A program made the position numbers and the translations under genes. Below, piece after piece: positions 15,305-20,442 of a DNA stretch of 20,442 bases. The DNA is from Thermotogota bacterium (lineage in GTDB: Bacteria > Thermotogota > Thermotogae > Petrotogales > Petrotogaceae), in the NCBI GenBank assembly GCA_051748045.1, contig JBNJGY010000041.1:1-20442 (forward strand). Direction: 5' to 3'. Each line of letters opens with the position of its first letter. Position 1 is the stretch's first letter. The notes under the pieces are model-generated. The model was not told where the DNA came from. It was given only the letters and a program-made list of their open reading frames with translations, and ran no database searches.

Positions 15305-16780
15305 TTATAATATTGCAAATATTAACGCTGCAATTAGTATTAAGAGTTTTAAAATTTCTTTTATATAAAAATAAATCGTCTTTTCATCATTTCTATTAAC
15401 TTCAAAGGTAGTTATTTCTTCTTGAAAAGGTTGTATAACTTTTACAATCCTACCATATTTGTCAATATGACCTGTAAATCCAGTATTAGAAACTTGAACA
15501 AAATCTCTTCTATTTTCCACTGCTCTAAAAATGCCTTGAGTAAAATGCTGGGTTAACCCTGTTCTCGTTCCAAACCACCCATCATTTGTTATTGAAACAA
15601 GAGCTTGTGCTCCTTGTTTTACCTGATTATTTGATATATCAGAAAAATATGTCTCAAAACAAATTTGAACACCTATTTGATCTCCATTTATTTCAAATAC
15701 TCCTGGATCACTACCTCTCTCATAAAATCTCAATAATTTAAATGATGAAAAATTATCAAAGATAAATTCATAAGGTAAAAATTCTGCAAATGGAGTCAAT
15801 CCTATTTTGTTATAACTTTTCACTTTATTAGCGTTCTCATCAAAATGCCAAGCTGTATTGTAATATTTATCTTCTTCTATTTTTGGAAATCCTAATATAA
15901 CATCCTTTCCAATATCTTTTATATTTATTTTAAAAGCGTCATAGACCTCTAAATTTGTAATATCCTCCATGAAAGTTGATTCAGAAAAGATAACTAAATC
16001 TCCCTTTGTATTTGCTGATTTTCTTAATCTATCTGAAAAATCTACATAATTTTTCCATGGATTGCTTTTGTATTTTATTTCTTGACTTACATCTGTTTGT
16101 ACAGCGGTAATTTCTAAAGGATCTTTAAAAGTATTTTCTATAGGTATAAATCTTTCAACAGTAAAGTTAATAACAAAAATTACAGATAACACAATAGGTA
16201 ATTTATAAAACCAGTATTTTGATTTATCAAAAGCCAAAAAACTGTTAACAAAAACTATTAAAAAACTTAAGCCTAAATAACCAAATATAGAAGCTATTTG
16301 TAATATACCTGTATGATCCCAAATAGCATAACCCAAAGCACCACCAGAAAAAGCCAAATCTCCAAAATCTTTTAATATTTCTGCTGAAATAAATGCAAAA
16401 GAATAGAAAAAAACTTTGTTCCAAAAAATGGTTTCTCTGAATTTTCTATGAAATATTTCGGATAAAAGCCAAACCAACAAATAAGGAACACTCAGTAATA
16501 ATATTTCACCCATAAACCCAAAAAAACCAATAATGTTTGAATATGAGCCAAGTATTTCTGGTATATTTTTGGATAACACTGGTATTTGCCACCAAAGTGT
16601 TGTAAAAAGCATACTATAGGCAAAAATAATAGTGTGTAAAAACCTAGACAATGTATTTTTAGAATTATCTAAATTTCTCAAGAAAAAAATTAATGACCCC
16701 CAAATTAAAAATGAAAATAAATTACCTGGCATAGCTAACCCTGTTAAAACTCCAGATAACAAAGTTAATAAATAAATCAA
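15305..16780 (-). CDS. lnt: Apolipoprotein N-acyltransferase
   Basis: N-terminal TM helices, nitrilase domain with E-K-C triad (FSEST, YNKIGLTPFAEFLP, QICFE), ITNDGWFG, QH, RAVENRR, SNTGFT. TTG start behind RBS AGGGGG. Confidence 0.94.
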   Translation of the reverse strand: MIYLLTLLSGVLTGLAMPGNLFSFLIWGSLIFFLRNLDNSKNTLSRFLHTIIFAYSMLFTTLWWQIPVLSKNIPEILGSYSNIIGFFGFMGEILLLSVPYLLVWLLSEIFHRKFRETIFWNKVFFYSFAFISAEILKDFGDLAFSGGALGYAIWDHTGILQIASIFGYLGLSFLIVFVNSFLAFDKSKYWFYKLPIVLSVIFVINFTVERFIPIENTFKDPLEITAVQTDVSQEIKYKSNPWKNYVDFSDRLRKSANTKGDLVIFSESTFMEDITNLEVYDAFKINIKDIGKDVILGFPKIEEDKYYNTAWHFDENANKVKSYNKIGLTPFAEFLPYEFIFDNFSSFKLLRFYERGSDPGVFEINGDQIGVQICFETYFSDISNNQVKQGAQALVSITNDGWFGTRTGLTQHFTQGIFRAVENRRDFVQVSNTGFTGHIDKYGRIVKVIQPFQEEITTFEVNRNDEKTIYFYIKEILKLLILIAALIFAIL

Positions 16781-16793
16781 AGTTCTATCCCCC

Positions 16794-19658
16794 TTAATCT
16801 TCTACTCTCATTGATTCCGCTGCCTGTATTTTTGTTGTTTTATATAATGGCAAGACTATGGAAAATATAGAAACAGCATAGAGAGCTACTGCTATATACA
16901 ATAATTTGACCCAAGGTATCGCAAACTCTGTAGCTTCTCCTATAAATACAGTATATATATTATAAGAGCCTATTATTCCAGATAAATATCCTGCAAAAAT
17001 AGCTAAAAATATAATAATCGAATATTCTATAAAAAAGCTTTTGAAAACCATCTTGTTTTTAAAACCAATAGCTTTAAGCATTCCTATTGTTTTTGTTCTC
17101 AGATCAATTGACTTAATAAAAGTAATAGCCAATCCAACTACTCCAACTATCAGCCCAAAGTAAAGAAAAGAATTGATAATGGAAAAAATACCCTCTGTAG
17201 CGTTTAGACCAAAATTAACAAGATCATCAGCTAAAATAAAGAAATATTTATTTTTTTTGAAAACACCTTCTAATTCATCTCTATCATAATTTTCATCTAA
17301 TGTAAAAATTTGTCCATTGAAAGATCCTTTCGAAAATTCATTAAATTCTTCAAATTTATTAGAAACTATAGGCCCCATAGTTATAGTATTTATAACTTCA
17401 GGAATAATTGCTGCAACTGTGAATTTCACTTCCATTTCTATATTATCTGAAAAGTCAGGTCTTTCTGCCATATTGAAACTTCCTTCTAACTTCCCAATAG
17501 AAATTTCTTGACCTACTTCTACTTTATCCTTTAATCTATTGTTGATAGATTCTGGAAATGCTATATATTCTGGATTATTTCTTATTTCTTGCCAAACTTC
17601 TTTATCAGATAAATCTTCAAACGAATCCATTTTATCTTTTATTTTTATATTATTTACTTCAAAAAATTCATTTGATCCTATCATAAGAGGAAAATATTCA
17701 TTATCCCCTCCAACAATGGTAGAAGGAACATAATAAAAATTTGCAGCTTCTTCAACATATTTTATCTCTTTTACTTGTTCTTTGTCTGTTTTTGATGAAA
17801 TCAAAGGAACAGGAATATTAATTATAGCTCCATCAAAACCTGCAAAAAGTTCTTCTCTTGAACTTTTGATTTGATTTCTTTGTATATCTGGTATTATCGT
17901 AGATATTACTATTAAAAACAAAACAATAGAATACAATACTATAATTAATGATACATCATTTTTCTTTTTAGACGGATAAGAGGTTGATATGTTAACTACA
18001 GCCTTATTCACATTAAAAAGATTTAGAATTTTTTTCAACCCTAAAATTATGAAATCAAAATCATATAAAAAGATCACTACACTAGAAATTATCATAACAA
18101 AACTTTTGGCTCCAATGAAAATATAATCTTCTGATGGAATCCATATACTCAAACCAAAAACAATAAAATATATTAAATTTATTAGAAGTCTTCTATTCAT
18201 AAGTTTTTTAAAAATTAAAGGGGTTAACAACCCAAATGCTGAAATCAAAAAATAAATCAAAGCATTGTTAAATCCTGAATACCAAGATAATAAAAAAGAA
18301 ATAACAACATATCCTGTGAAATATATTAACGATCTTGGCTTTGATTTTTCTTTTATTCCTTTGATTGCGTTTACAATGTTCATTTTTGAAACTTTATAAG
18401 AATAAAAATATATAAAAATTGTTGGTATTAAAAAACCTGCTACTCCTGCTATTATAAAAGATTCTGTTCTTACAAAGAATTCATTTATTTGAGGGAAATA
18501 AGCAAACATCTCAAAATTAGATAAAGATTCACTGAAATCACTTATCTGTTCAAAGGTAAATCTAGACAAAAGATAACCCGAAATCAATCCCAAAGGAACA
18601 GAAAAAAGGTTATAAAATATACCTTCAAAGAAAATCATTTTTCTTATTTTATCTTTTTTGAACCCAATAGCCCTAAGTACGCCCATCTCTTTTCTTCTTT
18701 GATTCATGAGCATTGAATATATACTAACCATTAATATTCCACCAGCTAAAAAAGAAAAAGACGATAATGCCAAAAATATGGCTGATATTTCTCCAGATGA
18801 AAGCATTTCTTCTTGTCTTTCTTTAGGAAAAATTAATTGCATGTCTTCTGATATTTCTTTTTCAAGTGTTTTAAATTCTTTCATGATTTGATCATAATCA
18901 TCAACTTGACCAAAATTAATAAGATATTGATTTGGTTTTGAACCTGTTGCCTTTAATAGATTAGCTGCTTTTCTTTCATTTAAAAAAACAGCACCTTGCT
19001 GAGATTCAGAATTGCTTCCCCTATAGTTCAAAAGGCCTTTTGAGTTGATTATGTCTTTTATTTTATATTTATTCGGAAATAAAATAGTAGATACATTTGC
19101 AGAATCTAAGATTTGTATTACATCTCCTACTTCGACATTTAAATCATCTGCTAAATCTTGTGTGATTATAGTTTCATTAGGTCCTAATGGCTCGTTGTAA
19201 ATATCTTCATAAAAAGAACTATTTTTATATTTTTCATAAGAAAACCCAACTATCCCGACATTTGTAATGTCAGAAAAGTTCAATTCTTGTATTTGTCCTT
19301 CTTTTAACACAGGATACATCTTATAATAAACAGGTAAAATAGACTGTTCGTCTACATTGTTTTTTACTTTGTTTAGAGCTTCATCAATCTTTTCTTGCTC
19401 TAATCCGTCCACATCTAAAACTGCATCTATTTTATAATAAAATTTTTCAATGTTAGTATTTACAAAATTATTATAGGTGTCATTTATCCCTAAAGCACCT
19501 ATTATAAAAGCAGTACCTATCATAGTTCCAAGAAGAATAAGAACAGTTTGCATTTTTTTCTTAAAAATATTTCTAAAAGAAATCTTGGTAATGAGTTTGT
19601 CTCTCAACAAAAACATGAATACCATTAATATAATGAAAACAAATATATATACAAACAT
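16794..19658 (-). CDS. Type VII (MacB/FtsX/LolCE-like) ABC transporter permease with two fused FtsX units
   Basis: 954 aa with two FtsX signatures (RRKEMGVLRAIGF, RTKTIGMLKAIGF), two large soluble loops and many TM segments. TAATG-coupled to the ATPase. Confidence 0.9.
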   Translation of the reverse strand: MFVYIFVFIILMVFMFLLRDKLITKISFRNIFKKKMQTVLILLGTMIGTAFIIGALGINDTYNNFVNTNIEKFYYKIDAVLDVDGLEQEKIDEALNKVKNNVDEQSILPVYYKMYPVLKEGQIQELNFSDITNVGIVGFSYEKYKNSSFYEDIYNEPLGPNETIITQDLADDLNVEVGDVIQILDSANVSTILFPNKYKIKDIINSKGLLNYRGSNSESQQGAVFLNERKAANLLKATGSKPNQYLINFGQVDDYDQIMKEFKTLEKEISEDMQLIFPKERQEEMLSSGEISAIFLALSSFSFLAGGILMVSIYSMLMNQRRKEMGVLRAIGFKKDKIRKMIFFEGIFYNLFSVPLGLISGYLLSRFTFEQISDFSESLSNFEMFAYFPQINEFFVRTESFIIAGVAGFLIPTIFIYFYSYKVSKMNIVNAIKGIKEKSKPRSLIYFTGYVVISFLLSWYSGFNNALIYFLISAFGLLTPLIFKKLMNRRLLINLIYFIVFGLSIWIPSEDYIFIGAKSFVMIISSVVIFLYDFDFIILGLKKILNLFNVNKAVVNISTSYPSKKKNDVSLIIVLYSIVLFLIVISTIIPDIQRNQIKSSREELFAGFDGAIINIPVPLISSKTDKEQVKEIKYVEEAANFYYVPSTIVGGDNEYFPLMIGSNEFFEVNNIKIKDKMDSFEDLSDKEVWQEIRNNPEYIAFPESINNRLKDKVEVGQEISIGKLEGSFNMAERPDFSDNIEMEVKFTVAAIIPEVINTITMGPIVSNKFEEFNEFSKGSFNGQIFTLDENYDRDELEGVFKKNKYFFILADDLVNFGLNATEGIFSIINSFLYFGLIVGVVGLAITFIKSIDLRTKTIGMLKAIGFKNKMVFKSFFIEYSIIIFLAIFAGYLSGIIGSYNIYTVFIGEATEFAIPWVKLLYIAVALYAVSIFSIVLPLYKTTKIQAAESMRVED

Positions 19659-20326
19659 TATTTTTTCCTCAACTTTCCATTTTCCATTAAATAAATTGAA
19701 TTAGAATATCTTGTCACTTTTGGGTCATGTGTGACTATTATGAAAGATTTGTTTTTCTTTTCATTTAGCTCTTTTATCAAATCTAAAATTTCATTACCTG
19801 TTTTTTCGTCTAATGCTCCTGTAGGCTCATCTGCCCAAACTATTTTTGGTTCATTTATAAGAGCTCTAGCTATAGAAACCCTTTGAGCTTCTCCACCACT
19901 TAAAGTAGATGGGTCCACATACATTTTATCTTCAAGTCCTACTTTTACTAAAAGATCTTTAGCTTTTTCTTCTGCTATTTTTTCATCTTGATTAGTTATT
20001 AACATAGCTAATTTTACATTTTCTATTACGTTTAAAACCGGTATTAAATTAAAAAACTGGAAAATAAATCCCATATTATTAGCCCTAAATTCAGTCACAT
20101 TATTATCAGATTTATTTGTCAACTCATAATCCTCAATAAATATTTTCCCGTGTGTTGGCCTATCAATGCCAGATAGGCAGTTTAAAAATGTTGATTTTCC
20201 TGAACCTGAAGGACCTAATATAGATATTATTTCACCTTGATTCATTTCAACATTTACATTATCTAAAGCTCTGACTTCCTTTTTGCTTTCGTTGTATATT
20301 TTGGATAAATTTTCTACTTTAATCAT
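19658..20326 (-). CDS. ABC transporter ATP-binding protein (LolD/MacB-like)
   Basis: GPSGSGKST, GFIFQFFNLIP, LSGGEAQRVSIARAL, WADEPTGALD, VTHD. RBS GAGGTG. Confidence 0.95.
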   Translation of the reverse strand: MIKVENLSKIYNESKKEVRALDNVNVEMNQGEIISILGPSGSGKSTFLNCLSGIDRPTHGKIFIEDYELTNKSDNNVTEFRANNMGFIFQFFNLIPVLNVIENVKLAMLITNQDEKIAEEKAKDLLVKVGLEDKMYVDPSTLSGGEAQRVSIARALINEPKIVWADEPTGALDEKTGNEILDLIKELNEKKNKSFIIVTHDPKVTRYSNSIYLMENGKLRKK

Positions 20327-20442
20327 ATCGCACCTCTTATCATAGATTGTCTATATATTTTATAACACCATTTACACAAGCACCAATCATACTAGCTGGA
20401 ACATAGTTAAATTCTGTAACCCTTATATCTACATTGTTATTG

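Noticed and set aside
246-19704. Other short ORFs in the track that lie opposite long genes (e.g. 246-533, 2888-3139, 9671-9928, 11538-11843, 12587-12874, 17317-17733, 19477-19704)
   Set aside because: Shadow ORFs antisense to well-supported CDS, mostly Ser/Phe/Ile-rich as expected from the reverse frame, with no recognisable motifs.

Overview
Very AT-rich bacterial chromosome segment. The ODP plus soluble chemoreceptor pair, gatC-yraN without gatAB, and lnt suggest Thermotogota, probably a low-GC Petrotogales-type organism (inference). It holds about 18 CDS: two tandem hypothetical proteins that look like distant paralogs, gatC, yraN, an oxygen-binding di-iron protein (ODP) with a soluble MCP, two flavoproteins (HI0933/BaiN-like and COG2509-like), xth, a HAD-IB hydrolase, a HEAT-repeat protein, recN, a Cys-containing PP-loop ATPase, a ComFB-family protein, a MATE transporter, a D-2-hydroxyacid dehydrogenase, and a type VII ABC ATPase/double-FtsX permease/lnt operon. 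RNA genes are tRNA-Arg(CCT) and tmRNA (tag AEENYALAA). No integrase, transposase or CRISPR array is visible. The most unusual signal is non-coding. Two intergenic regions 10 kb apart (4659-4980 and 14768-15218) are built from the same modules in different order: a 66-bp element (56/66 identical) ending in a hairpin whose 3-nt loop is flipped between copies (GAA vs TTC), AATTT..AAATT triloop mini-hairpins, degenerate 7-nt GTTG/CAAC arrays capped by hairpins, and TGTCA...TGACA REP-like arms. This looks like a BIME-like mosaic repeat system. Secondary candidates are the ABC-lnt operon (possible lipoprotein handling), the LarE-like PP-loop/ComFB pair and the paralogous TULIP-like pair.
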